Origin: a candidate division WOR-3 bacterium
GTDB taxonomy: Bacteria > Hydrothermota > Tepidihabitantia > Tepidihabitantales > Tepidihabitantaceae
Assembly: GCA_965649225.1 (NCBI GenBank)
Contig: CBFGJX010000001.1
Location: 41,899 to 105,898 of the forward strand
Direction: 5' to 3'
DNA: 64,000 nt
Positions 27,989 through 38,227 of the stretch are shown one piece after another. Both the position numbers and the translations under genes were made by a program. Each line of letters begins with the position of its first letter. The first letter of the stretch is position 1. Under the pieces are notes generated by a model that saw nothing but the letters and a program-made list of their open reading frames with translations, made no database searches and was not told where the DNA came from.

Positions 27989-29799
27989 ATGACTGACTGC
28001 GGGTCGATATCGATTCGCACCTCACGAGCCAGCTGTTCAATCTCCGTTCGCCCGACCAGACGCTCGAGCCGAGCCGTCCTTGCCAGCCGCACGAGCAAAC
28101 GTCGCGTCGGCTTCCGCCCGGTGGCCGCTATCGGACCAAACACCTCGATACCTTTGTTACGGTTCAAGAACCGTGCTGTCGCCAGTGCACCACGATCAGC
28201 AAGTTCTTCACTTGAATCACTGATTTCAATCACCACCAGCCGCGCGAAGGGCGGGAAACCCGCCTGACGGCGACTTTCAAGCTCACGGCTACAGAACTCG
28301 GCAACCGCCATATCAGCTGCCGCCGCAATGCAGTTTTCCTCGGGTCGTCTCGCCTGGATCAGAAACTCAGCACCACTGTTCTGTGCCCGCCAACCCAGTC
28401 GCCACAGCACAGCAAACAAGCGCTCACTGGCGCGAAAATCCGGCAACAACAGCTCGTCGTCGGCACGCACTGCTGCCACGAGTCCAACTGAAGCCGGCCA
28501 TTCCCTTCCCAAGACTGCCCGGGTGCCGACGACAACATCCGTTTCGGGAAACTCAGTCTGTTCCCCGGTCATAGTCGCTACCGTCAGCTTCGGCCGTAAC
28601 CGCCGAACCTCGCGGGCAATCATCTCGACTCCGGGCACCCGGTAGACATAGTCACCACTTCCACATTCCGGACACAGCGACGGCGCCGGTTCGACCCGGC
28701 CACAGAAGCGACATTGAAGACTTCCGTCGCCAGTCAGTGCCATCGCCGTCCTGCAGCTGGCGCAGTTCAGGACCCGGCCGCAGTCCCGACAGACGACGCT
28801 ACGCGATGCCCCAAGACGGTTGACATAAAGCACCGCGCTCTTTCCCGCTGCCCGGGCCTGATCCAGTGCGCAAAGCAGCCGGGGCGACAGCAGTTCGCGG
28901 CGATGCAAACGCATGTCAACAATCGTCGCTCGGATTGCTACCGCTGGCAGCGGGTCCAGCAGTGACCACCTTCCTCTCGCCACTTCATACCAGGTCTCCA
29001 TCGACGGCGTCGGGTCACAGAGCAGGACCGGGCAACTGGCCATGCGTGCGCGAACGATTGCCGCATCACGGGCATTGAACCGTGGTCGCCGCTCCTCTTT
29101 ATAGACTTGGTCATGCTCATCGAGCACCACAACTCCAGCCAGATCGACAACCGGCGCAAAGACCGCAGACCGGCAGCCCACCACAAGTGATCGGCCAGCC
29201 CGGCTTCTTCGCCACGCTGTTCGCAGCGCCTTCGCCCTCAGACGGGAGCTGATAATCACGGCATCAACGGATTCATCGATTAGAGACAAGGCGGCATGTG
29301 GATCAGGGGCAAGCAACAAAACCGACCCCTGCGTCAGGCCGTTGGCACAGAAACTCGCCAATCGCCGCGTCGCTTGAACTGGGTCAGCACAAACCCCGAC
29401 GCCGAAGCGGCCACCCTCGCGGGCTGGTGCTGATCCGATCGCACGTGCACGATCGACACCGCTGAACGACTTCGCGCGACCCGACGACCGACTTAACACC
29501 GGCTGCGGTATGGCAAGATGCATTGTCTCGCCCAGCCGGCCGAAGTAGTGCCCGGCAACCCGGCGTACAAAGTCAACCAGTTCTGCAGGAACCATTCTCG
29601 GCTCTATCAGCCCTTCGATCGACCGTGTTTCTTCCACCGGGCTGCTACTGCGCAGTCCGACTACAATCCCTGCCGCTTCTCTTCCCCGCAACCGTACTGA
29701 CACACAATCACCGGGAGCCAGCTCCGGCAGCTGTGTTTCATCAAAACGATAGGTAAGTTCGTCAAGCCGGGTGCCCGGCACGACAATGTCGCAGTACAC
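27985..29799 (-). CDS. priA: Primosomal protein N' (PriA) with degenerate helicase motif I
   Basis: N-terminal 3'-binding domain, VVLDEHD..YK, NARDAA, YVNRLG, 8-Cys zinc region, PPF.RL; no GxTGSGKT. Confidence 0.85.
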   Translation of the reverse strand: MYCDIVVPGTRLDELTYRFDETQLPELAPGDCVSVRLRGREAAGIVVGLRSSSPVEETRSIEGLIEPRMVPAELVDFVRRVAGHYFGRLGETMHLAIPQPVLSRSSGRAKSFSGVDRARAIGSAPAREGGRFGVGVCADPVQATRRLASFCANGLTQGSVLLLAPDPHAALSLIDESVDAVIISSRLRAKALRTAWRRSRAGRSLVVGCRSAVFAPVVDLAGVVVLDEHDQVYKEERRPRFNARDAAIVRARMASCPVLLCDPTPSMETWYEVARGRWSLLDPLPAVAIRATIVDMRLHRRELLSPRLLCALDQARAAGKSAVLYVNRLGASRSVVCRDCGRVLNCASCRTAMALTGDGSLQCRFCGRVEPAPSLCPECGSGDYVYRVPGVEMIAREVRRLRPKLTVATMTGEQTEFPETDVVVGTRAVLGREWPASVGLVAAVRADDELLLPDFRASERLFAVLWRLGWRAQNSGAEFLIQARRPEENCIAAAADMAVAEFCSRELESRRQAGFPPFARLVVIEISDSSEELADRGALATARFLNRNKGIEVFGPIAATGRKPTRRLLVRLARTARLERLVGRTEIEQLAREVRIDIDPQSVI

Positions 29800-29801
29800 G
29801 G

Positions 29802-32800
29802 CTAGTAGCGCAGCCGGAAGCGGTAACGCAGGGAAAGTCGCCCGTTCTCATCCCGGGCCGCTACCAGCTCGTTGCGGCGGTCGAGGTAATACTCAACCCG
29901 GAATGCAGGATCAAAACCCTCGTCAAAAAACTGCGTGTAGGATATGTAGAGCCTGCGACCGATATATTTGCCCACTGTCAGACGGGTTCGAGCGTCAGAA
30001 GTCAGGCCGGTTTCAAAGTCCAGATAATCCAACCCGGTGAATCCGCGTGCCCGCTGAGCAACGCGGGTCTGGAAGAAACCCAGCAGTCGATCAGAAAGCA
30101 TCCTTGTCACTGCGGCCCGACTGTCAATCTCACGCAGCTGTTCCGGTGTTGCGTTGAGACTAAGGTAAGATACGATTTGCAGGTTATCCCAGCCAGGCGG
30201 CTCGGACCGGAACTCCAGCTGTGGTGTTTCGATAGTCCCGGTTACGGTCAGCACGATCTTCTCGGGTGTATCGCCGCTGCCGCCATTGCCGTGTAACAAC
30301 ATTTCGGCGGTAATGTCCAGTTCCGGATTAAGGCGATCGAGATTGGCGAACCGAACCGTTCCACTTGTCACGCGCAGAGTTCGGTCGAAATAGTAAACAT
30401 TGCCCTGCCGGGAAACGAGCTCACCATTGTAGAACTCTTCCTGCATGGTCCGCCGGATACTCATGTCAACGCCGAGCTCGATGTCAGCAAGACTGCTTCG
30501 CCACCAGATACCCCTTTCGCCGCGAATACGAAGGTCATACACCAGTGTAGTATCGGGAGTACCGCCGGTGACTGCCGGCTGTCCCGGATCGATTGTTATC
30601 AGCGCCTCTTCGACATCAATCCGACCGGAAAGCGCGATCGGTTGCGGCTGCCGCCAATCAAGCATAATCTCGCCACCGGCGATGCCGTAGACATCTCTGA
30701 GTGGACTGGCCTCGATTCCGCTGAACGCCGCCTCAAGATGAAGCGTATCAACAACCCAGCCAGGCCCGAGTTCGACAAAACCACCCGCCGACACCGTTCC
30801 GCGCCGGGAACGGCCCGTAAGCTTCTGAATGTTAACCCGATTACCGGCGAAGGTTAGTTCACCGTTGACCCGCTGAAGCGAAGCCTTGATCGGCTCGACA
30901 GACAAATCGGCTCTAGCCAGCCTCAGTCGTCCGTATAGTTCCGGTTCAATCAAATTCCCGCCAACTCGTAGGCTGCCGTAGATCGACGCGCGTTGCGCCA
31001 CCAGAGTCGGCCTGAGAAACACAAGCACCCAAGGGCCCACGTTGACCAACTCGGCCATGAGATCAACTTTCTGCACCGGCCACGGGGCGCGGGGCATCAG
31101 CACCAGCCGACCTGTAATGCGCGATGTGTCAACACTCCCGGCACTGTCTATGCGCACCAGCCACAGTCGATCGACACTGAGTGTATCACCATCCAGCCCG
31201 AGTCGTCCTTCTACGCTTCTCAGAACCAGACCATATTCAGGCACTGCCAGATCCCGCATCGCGATGTCACACCGCAGCAACGAATCAAAATGTAACGACG
31301 CATCGAGTTTGCCGCGAACCTCAAAGCCGATACCACCGAGCTTTGCCACACTGGCCAAATCCAAGCCACGGGCAGTCACTTCGAAATCCGGCTCCGGCAC
31401 GTCTGTCAGTTTGATCTTCCCCTGCGCGGTCAACTGCCCACCGCCCAGTTCAAACTGCAGCCCGGTCAACTCTAAGCCGGTAGCCGCGCTGTAATTGAGC
31501 CGGAAAGGCCGGGCCGTCATCAACGTTTCGTCGTCAGAAACAAAATCAAAATTGGCGAAATCGGCAGCAAAGCCGTTGCGCTCGACGGCAAGGTCACCCG
31601 TGGCGAACAGTCGGCTGCGGTCTAAGTCGACCCTCAGCTCGAAGACCGGCTCATCCCACACAAGCTGAGCCGCAGCCACCGTTTGGCCGCCGAATCTGAC
31701 GACCTCTCCCCCCACCGCAACCCGCCCGGCCAACTGCTTGCCCAGCGCAATGTTGACGTCTATCACCGCTGCATTCGCTGTTACGTCCTGAAACGATAGT
31801 TGCGAAGCATAAAGGCTCGCGAGCAAATGCAGACTGTCATTTTCGATCGTCAAGGTCAGCAAGCCGTTGAGTCGACCGCTCACCGGTGCATTGCCAACGA
31901 CTGCGGCGACGCCCAGATCGAAATTGTCGGCGATAATCTCAAAAAAACCCGACCCAGTGCGGTATCTGCCTTGTCCGGAGAGCCTTCCGCTCGCTCCCCG
32001 AGCCGTCAGCCGTTCGATGACTACGCCGCCGCGCACCAGACCACCGGTTGCCGTCAACGAATCGAACCCGAGCGCCGGCACCGTGACCCGCAGCGTGCCC
32101 CAAATTGAATCAGTACTCTTTCCACCGACATCGCAAGATCCGGTGATACGAACCTCGGGCAGGGTCGGCTCAAGCCGGCGAATTGCAAGATCACGTACAA
32201 CCAATCGGCCCGCAAAAGCCTGCGTGCCGATGTGCACGTATCCGTCAAACTCAACTCCGCCCAGCTCTGGATTCCTGCCCATCATCGTGAGACTCGCCAG
32301 CGAATCGGCCAAGGTGAGTCTGCCGAACAACTCAGGCAGTGCCAGCCCGCGCCAGCGCAGACCAGACGCGCTCCAACCGACCCGCGCCGAGGGATCACCG
32401 CCTGTCACCCCTCCTTGCCCGCTGGCTTTGAACCGACCTGGAACTCCCGCAAAACGGGCGAGGTCCACCTCCAGATCCATGAAGGCAGCAGTGAAGCCAC
32501 CGTCTGCAAGTCCTACCCTCGCCGTGCCTGCGAAGCTGAATCCGTCGGCCGCAAGACGCATTCCCTCAAGTAATGCCGAATCGGCCGTTACACGCATTTG
32601 GGCGCTCAGCTGGGAAATACGAACACTCTCCGGCACCACGAGCAGACTGGCCTGATGGAGAAATGCCCGAACCTGCTCCGAACGGGACTCCGCGCTCATC
32701 AGCACGGCAACCGAGTCGACTATTGGCCTGCCATCAACGCTCACCGTTCCCGCTTCCAGCACCAGTCGACGCACGCCAATTCGCGGGAAACGCCCCGCAG

Positions 32801-33167
32801 GCTGCGTCTGAACCTTCGTTGCCTGTCCCGGCCGTCGTCCGGCCAGGAAAACCTGCGGACGCTCGATTCTCAGGACCCTCAACCCCACTCGCCCCCGAAG
32901 ATTGCCCAGCAGGTCATAGTCAAAGGAAACCCGTTCGATGGTCACCGAATCGCTTTGGAAGACAATTCGAACCCGACTGAGTTCGGGCCGCGACAACAGA
33001 TTGCCACCAATGCGTTCAACCTCAATTCTGCCGCCGATGACCCGGCCGAGAAGACCGAGCCCGAGTCGGATTGTCAACCGCATCAAAGGCCGTCCACCAA
33101 GCAGCAGCCCAGTGACAGACGCGACCAGCATTAATGGCAGAACCAGTCGCCGCAGCCTAAAACGCAT
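29802..33167 (-). CDS. tamB: Translocation and assembly module TamB-like protein
   Basis: N-terminal anchor, long beta-rich body, C-terminal LTVGKYIGRRLYISY...VEYYL. Confidence 0.85.
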   Translation of the reverse strand: MRFRLRRLVLPLMLVASVTGLLLGGRPLMRLTIRLGLGLLGRVIGGRIEVERIGGNLLSRPELSRVRIVFQSDSVTIERVSFDYDLLGNLRGRVGLRVLRIERPQVFLAGRRPGQATKVQTQPAGRFPRIGVRRLVLEAGTVSVDGRPIVDSVAVLMSAESRSEQVRAFLHQASLLVVPESVRISQLSAQMRVTADSALLEGMRLAADGFSFAGTARVGLADGGFTAAFMDLEVDLARFAGVPGRFKASGQGGVTGGDPSARVGWSASGLRWRGLALPELFGRLTLADSLASLTMMGRNPELGGVEFDGYVHIGTQAFAGRLVVRDLAIRRLEPTLPEVRITGSCDVGGKSTDSIWGTLRVTVPALGFDSLTATGGLVRGGVVIERLTARGASGRLSGQGRYRTGSGFFEIIADNFDLGVAAVVGNAPVSGRLNGLLTLTIENDSLHLLASLYASQLSFQDVTANAAVIDVNIALGKQLAGRVAVGGEVVRFGGQTVAAAQLVWDEPVFELRVDLDRSRLFATGDLAVERNGFAADFANFDFVSDDETLMTARPFRLNYSAATGLELTGLQFELGGGQLTAQGKIKLTDVPEPDFEVTARGLDLASVAKLGGIGFEVRGKLDASLHFDSLLRCDIAMRDLAVPEYGLVLRSVEGRLGLDGDTLSVDRLWLVRIDSAGSVDTSRITGRLVLMPRAPWPVQKVDLMAELVNVGPWVLVFLRPTLVAQRASIYGSLRVGGNLIEPELYGRLRLARADLSVEPIKASLQRVNGELTFAGNRVNIQKLTGRSRRGTVSAGGFVELGPGWVVDTLHLEAAFSGIEASPLRDVYGIAGGEIMLDWRQPQPIALSGRIDVEEALITIDPGQPAVTGGTPDTTLVYDLRIRGERGIWWRSSLADIELGVDMSIRRTMQEEFYNGELVSRQGNVYYFDRTLRVTSGTVRFANLDRLNPELDITAEMLLHGNGGSGDTPEKIVLTVTGTIETPQLEFRSEPPGWDNLQIVSYLSLNATPEQLREIDSRAAVTRMLSDRLLGFFQTRVAQRARGFTGLDYLDFETGLTSDARTRLTVGKYIGRRLYISYTQFFDEGFDPAFRVEYYLDRRNELVAARDENGRLSLRYRFRLRY

Positions 33168-34890
33168 GCATCAACCCGTAGGTAATCCCATAACCCGGAC
33201 CGGCAGCACCCGCCGACATCGCTCGGGCTACATCAATCCGCACTGGTCCAATTGGCGTCCGGACGCGCAGCCCAACTCCAGCCCCAAACAGGAAGTTGCG
33301 CGGGGGAAAGTAACGGGCAAGATTGCCGCCATCAACAAACGCTACGAGACCGACCAGTCGAAACAGATACGGCGAACGTAGTTCAATGCTCCCGTAGAGC
33401 ATGGCGAATCCGTACCGAGCGGTGGAATCGCCGAACGGTCCAATTGAACGATCAGGATAGCCGCGCAGATTAGCAGCACCACCCATCGTGAAAGACTCGT
33501 AGTAAGCAACTAAATCACCGGGCCGGTACGGATAAACCCGGCCGGCACCCAGTCGACCCGCGACCACGAAACTCCCGCCGGGGTCGGCAGGGGAACGGCT
33601 GAGGCTGCGAAAGGCACGGATGTCGACCGCCAGACGGTAAAAGTCATTGCTGCCGCCAAGTATCCCGCCAGCCAGTTCGGCTGTGCCCCTGGCCCACATA
33701 CCCCTCCCCGGCTCGAAGACATCGTTGCGGCTGTCGTGTTGACCCGAGAGAGCAAGCGAGCTGGTTGCACCGGGAGAAGTATCGGCCACCAGTCTGAGGC
33801 GATTAGCAAGGCTGAAGACAAGCGACGGCAAGACACTACGGCTGAGGCCAGTCTCCACACCGTATTCGCGGACCAGAATACTGTCGCGCCGCTCAACATA
33901 TCCGAACGGACGGGTCTGAAAGTCCACCCGACTTCTGCCGATGTACGGGATTCGCCAGGCGGCCCAGGAACCAAATCGAAAGGAAGGGCCGATCAACTGC
34001 TGCGCATACTCGGCGCTGGCGAGCAGACTGTGGTTGGCACCGAAAAGATTAACATACTCCCAGTCGACCGCGAGCAGCAACCGAAGCGGTGAACGACCGG
34101 GATTCAACTCGCCTCCGCCGCCAAGTCCCAGACTACCGAATGGCTGCTCGACCACGTCGAACCTCACGACAACTCTGCCAAGCAGGGAATCGTCACCGAC
34201 GACGCGAAACGACACTCGGCTGAATAACTTCGAACCGTACAGCCGGCGCTGAGCCTCAAGCAGCCGGCGCCGCGAGTAGCGGTCGCCAGCGCGCAATTCG
34301 GCAATAGTTCGGCAAATGGCAGCCCGGACACGCCTGTTACCAACGAAAATGACCGAATCAATAACGCAAAGGGGACCCTCCGCGAGCAGGACATTGAGTG
34401 TTGCTGCACTTTCGGCTCGACTTATCTCGGTGCGCACACGAACGAACGCATAACCGGAGTTCTGATAGAACACGCGGACGGCGTTCTCGACGGCCGGTCC
34501 GACGCCGCCAGTCGCAGGGGTTTTAGGTTTGAGGCCGATCACAGCTGCCAACTGGGACGAGTCAAATGCTGTATTGCCCTGAAAAATCAGTCGCTGTACA
34601 CGGGCACGCGGCCCCTCATCGACGACAAAAGTCAGCACCGGTCTACGCCTGCCCCGCGCCAGCGTCCACTCGATCGCGACCGCATAGAACCCCTGGTCAT
34701 GATAGAAGTTCTCCAGGTCCGCCGCATCACGCACAATACGAACCTCATCGACCGGCTGACCCCTCGCCAGTTGCACCCTTGTTGCCAGAACCTTTGAACT
34801 GAAACTGGAGTTCCCCCGGAATCTGACCGCTTCCAGTGTATCGCCGACAACGGCCACGACGCGAAGTGCCAGCAACGCGGCAACAAGCAT
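33157..34890 (-). CDS. tamA: TamA/BamA-family outer-membrane protein (POTRA + Omp85 barrel)
   Basis: POTRA repeats; F..GGAANLRGY, GAGVGLRVRTPIGPVRID, C-terminal F. Confidence 0.85.
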   Translation of the reverse strand: MLVAALLALRVVAVVGDTLEAVRFRGNSSFSSKVLATRVQLARGQPVDEVRIVRDAADLENFYHDQGFYAVAIEWTLARGRRRPVLTFVVDEGPRARVQRLIFQGNTAFDSSQLAAVIGLKPKTPATGGVGPAVENAVRVFYQNSGYAFVRVRTEISRAESAATLNVLLAEGPLCVIDSVIFVGNRRVRAAICRTIAELRAGDRYSRRRLLEAQRRLYGSKLFSRVSFRVVGDDSLLGRVVVRFDVVEQPFGSLGLGGGGELNPGRSPLRLLLAVDWEYVNLFGANHSLLASAEYAQQLIGPSFRFGSWAAWRIPYIGRSRVDFQTRPFGYVERRDSILVREYGVETGLSRSVLPSLVFSLANRLRLVADTSPGATSSLALSGQHDSRNDVFEPGRGMWARGTAELAGGILGGSNDFYRLAVDIRAFRSLSRSPADPGGSFVVAGRLGAGRVYPYRPGDLVAYYESFTMGGAANLRGYPDRSIGPFGDSTARYGFAMLYGSIELRSPYLFRLVGLVAFVDGGNLARYFPPRNFLFGAGVGLRVRTPIGPVRIDVARAMSAGAAGPGYGITYGLMHAF

Positions 34891-35067
34891 CAGTGTCTGC
34901 TCTCGTTCCTGCACAAACCCATGGGTCGCCTTGGACAACGCTGCAGAGTCAGCAGCTCACGGCAGATATCGGTCACGTCCGGATATTACCTGTTCTGTTT
35001 GACGGCTGTCAATCAGAAGTCTGGTGGCTCTCGACAGGACGCAGGACGACGATGAGCGGATAGTTCG

Positions 35068-37788
35068 TCAACCGGCATCAGGCAGTTTGCGCCAGTCAGA
35101 TGGCCTTATGCCATACTTCGCCAGCAAACGATAGAATTGTGCACGACTGCAGCCCGACTGCCTGATCGCCTCCTTGATACTGCCCTTCGCGGAACGCAGA
35201 CATTGCAGCAGACGTTCGCGTTCTTCCGCTTCTGATTTCTGCGACCGCCGCCGCCGAAGTTCACGCAGAGTGCCGCCGCCACTTTCCGGCTGCAAACACG
35301 CGCTGTCGACGAGAACCGGCAGATCGGTCGATTGCAGTACGTTGCCGCTGGCCAGAACAACCGCCCGCTCGATGACATGGCTCAGTTCTCGAACATTCCC
35401 GGGCCAGTCGTATTCCATCAGCCGTGCCAGAGCCTCTGGAGCAATACCGGTCACATTACGGTCATATTCCCGGGCCGCGGCGGCAACGAGACTATCCACC
35501 AACGCCGGAATGTCATCGCGACGTTCTCGCAATGGCGGCAGTACCAGCTCCGCACCGGCAATCCGGTAGTACAGGTCGGCCCGAAAGTCGCCCCGCGCGA
35601 TCGCCGCTTCAATGTCCTGATTGGTGGCGGTTACCAGCCGGAAATCGACCGCAATCAGTCGACGACCTCCCACCCGTTCGAACTGTTTGTCCTGCAGCAC
35701 CCGCAGTAGTTTCGCCTGCAGTCTCGGGCTCATGTCGCCAATCTCATCCAACAACAGTGTACCACCGGCAGCACCTTCAAGTTTTCCCGGCCGTGCTTGT
35801 ACCCCGGTTGCAACTCCTCTTTCCACTCCGAAAAGTTCGGCCTCAAGCAAGTCTGCCGGCACCGCCGCACAGTTTATTGCCACAAAAGGACCGCCCGACC
35901 GGGGTCCGGAATCGTGCAATGCCCGGGCAACGAGCTCCTTGCCGGTACCGCTTTCCCCGCGCACGAGCACCGGCACTCCTGCCTGCGCCAGCCGCAACAC
36001 CTGCCTGAGAATATCGCGCATCTTACCATTCGGGCCCACCACGCCGCGATAGCGGAGACCGACCAGCTCGTCAGGTCGCGCCGGTTCACGTTCCACAAGT
36101 TCGGCGGCCGCAGATACGATTGGAGCAAGCAAGGCAACCAGTGATTCCAGCAGCAGCCGCAGGTGAGCCGGCTCGGCAGAAGTGCGTTGACCCAGATACA
36201 ACTGACCGCGCGTTCGATCGCTGCCGTACAACGCTATCCTGGTCTCAGTTTCATTGGAACAGAAATCACCGCCTTCGATCGGTCGTCGCACTGCAGCTCC
36301 GTCCGGCCCGCCATAGGCAGCGAGAATCCGCCGACCCAGCACTATTGCGCCTGTCCGGTATCCCAGCCCCTCACAAATCAGGCGCAACACCCGACTCAGC
36401 GCCGACGCGGGTGGCAATGCCATGCCAACGACCCCCCCCACCGCCCGCACCAGCGCCGCTCCAGCCTCAGCCGGTCGCTCACATGCCACCAGCAATCGGC
36501 TCGCTTCGTCTGCCTCCTGCACCACACCCAGACGACGAAATATCTGAGCAGCCGCTGCCAACTGTTCCATCGCCCATTGCCGTTCACCAGTTTCAAGCAA
36601 AAACCGCCCATAACTGAAACACGCCATCGCGTGGTCATAGCTGTCAGCAATCTGTTCCAGAACCGCGACGGCACGCTCGAAGCACTCGCGTGCTCCGGCC
36701 GGATTGCGCAATGCAGCCATTAATCGCCCCTTGGTGTAGAGCGCCCGACAAAGCACGGTCCAGCTTTCCATCGCTTCCGCAATGGCGGTTGCTGCCTCAG
36801 CGTGATGCAAACCGGCCTCCAGTTGCCCACGATTCAGTTCCAATACGGCAATCAGCTGATTCAGCAGTGCTACGTGGTACTGATCAACATGAAGCTTGGC
36901 AAGCTCCAGACCAACAGCAAAGTCTCTCTCGGCACTGGCATAGTCGCCGGTCTTGAGCCGTGCCTGACCGAGCAGCTGACAAGTCTCAATCAATACCTCA
37001 TCCATTGCGACCGGCTGGCCAGCAATCGCCGCCCGGACCTGTTCCAGCAATCCGATTGCCCGCTCCGGGCTGTCACGGTGCAAAGCAATCTCGCTCAATC
37101 CCAGATTCGCAAAAGCCCACGGGTAAATACCCGGCCCGTCGCGACCAACTCTGTCAACACCGGCAAGCGCTCGATAAAACTGACCGGCCGCCTCTTCCCA
37201 TTCGCCGACACCCAGATATGCCATACCGATGTTGACAATGTCAGTCAGCCGTTCTGCTTCATCAGCTCCCGGATCATCAACCTGTTGAGCCCGTTGATAG
37301 AACTCAAGCGCCTTGTCAGGGTTTCCGGACAGCAGCTTCACATTGCCAAGCTGCACCAGCCCGCGGTGAACGGCTTCTGGATGCTTGGCCTCAAGCCCGA
37401 CAGCAACGCACTGCTCATAACAACGACTGGCGTCACTATACTGCCCCGTGCACTCGGCAATCCGTCCCAGCAGAAAATGGTACGAGCATTCGTACTGGAG
37501 CAGACCTGCACGGCGGGCACACACCAAGAGCCGCTCAGCCCGCTCCCGGGCAGTCGTGTAATCGGCACGGCCCAGGGCGATTTCGGCCAAACGGATGTAG
37601 GCAACACAGAGAGCTCTATCATGGCCGGTTTCCGTTGCCCGGTGGGCGATGACGGTTGTCCACCGCTCAGCCTCATCCGGGCTCAGTCGCAGCATTTCCG
37701 ATACAAACCGGAACATCAGCCGGAAATCATCAGTGCTTGGAGCAGGTAGTCGAGTCAGGCGCTCAAGTTCCCTTGTTCTATCCTCCAT
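35068..37788 (-). CDS. TPR-domain sigma54-interaction-type AAA+ / Fis-HTH transcriptional regulator
   Basis: About 430 aa of TPRs; GESGTGKE, FVAINCAA, LLLDEIG, FRADLYYR, WPGNVREL, HTH. GAFTGA is replaced by GVATGV. Confidence 0.88.
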   Translation of the reverse strand: MEDRTRELERLTRLPAPSTDDFRLMFRFVSEMLRLSPDEAERWTTVIAHRATETGHDRALCVAYIRLAEIALGRADYTTARERAERLLVCARRAGLLQYECSYHFLLGRIAECTGQYSDASRCYEQCVAVGLEAKHPEAVHRGLVQLGNVKLLSGNPDKALEFYQRAQQVDDPGADEAERLTDIVNIGMAYLGVGEWEEAAGQFYRALAGVDRVGRDGPGIYPWAFANLGLSEIALHRDSPERAIGLLEQVRAAIAGQPVAMDEVLIETCQLLGQARLKTGDYASAERDFAVGLELAKLHVDQYHVALLNQLIAVLELNRGQLEAGLHHAEAATAIAEAMESWTVLCRALYTKGRLMAALRNPAGARECFERAVAVLEQIADSYDHAMACFSYGRFLLETGERQWAMEQLAAAAQIFRRLGVVQEADEASRLLVACERPAEAGAALVRAVGGVVGMALPPASALSRVLRLICEGLGYRTGAIVLGRRILAAYGGPDGAAVRRPIEGGDFCSNETETRIALYGSDRTRGQLYLGQRTSAEPAHLRLLLESLVALLAPIVSAAAELVEREPARPDELVGLRYRGVVGPNGKMRDILRQVLRLAQAGVPVLVRGESGTGKELVARALHDSGPRSGGPFVAINCAAVPADLLEAELFGVERGVATGVQARPGKLEGAAGGTLLLDEIGDMSPRLQAKLLRVLQDKQFERVGGRRLIAVDFRLVTATNQDIEAAIARGDFRADLYYRIAGAELVLPPLRERRDDIPALVDSLVAAAAREYDRNVTGIAPEALARLMEYDWPGNVRELSHVIERAVVLASGNVLQSTDLPVLVDSACLQPESGGGTLRELRRRRSQKSEAEERERLLQCLRSAKGSIKEAIRQSGCSRAQFYRLLAKYGIRPSDWRKLPDAG

Positions 37789-37812
37789 TCCTCTCGTGCT
37801 CATTGCATTTTG

Positions 37813-37878
37813 ATGTTACGAACCGGGCAAAAAATTGTCAACTTGACCTTGACAATCGAGGCAACCAGACGTTAGACT
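37813..37878. promoter_or_regulatory. Back-to-back divergent sigma70-type promoters
   Basis: Minus: TTGACA(37841-37836)-N17-TAACAT(37818-37813). Plus: TTGACA(37849-37854)-N18-TAGACT(37873-37878). Together they form TTGTCAA-N7-TTGACAA. Confidence 0.7.
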
Positions 37879-37957
37879 GACCTGCGGACGTCGGGCTGGT
37901 CCTGCCGCTGACTCACTGACGTTCTCAACTTCAAGAAACAGCAAGAAGGAGGAGCCT

Positions 37958-38203
37958 GTGCCCTGGAAGTGCCCCAGCTGCAGTCAACAAGAAACGAATG
38001 TCTTCTACCTCTGCGCCGTATGCGGGCTGGAATGGGCCGAACCCAACCCGGAGTGTGATCCGGTCACTGGTCTGCCCGGCTCAAGAGCCTGCCCGGACTC
38101 ACTGTTGAATGACGATGGCGCCCCGGCTGAAGGCTGCGGCAACGAAGCGCAGCCAAGCTACGGGGTGTGCCTGAAATGCCGGGCATTGACCAGTTTTGCC
38201 TGA
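37958..38203 (+). CDS. Small Cys-rich zinc-ribbon protein (81 aa, 9 Cys)
   Basis: AGGAGG RBS; W.CxxC-x10-CxxC plus a second C-x10-CxxC. Confidence 0.75.
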   Translation: MPWKCPSCSQQETNVFYLCAVCGLEWAEPNPECDPVTGLPGSRACPDSLLNDDGAPAEGCGNEAQPSYGVCLKCRALTSFA

Positions 38204-38227
38204 TCGACATAGCCAAATGGAGGAGAA

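Noticed and set aside
37800-37957. sigma54 (-24/-12) promoter for the zinc-ribbon genes
   Set aside because: No GG-N10-GC with correct spacing found by eye; sigma70-type boxes fit better.
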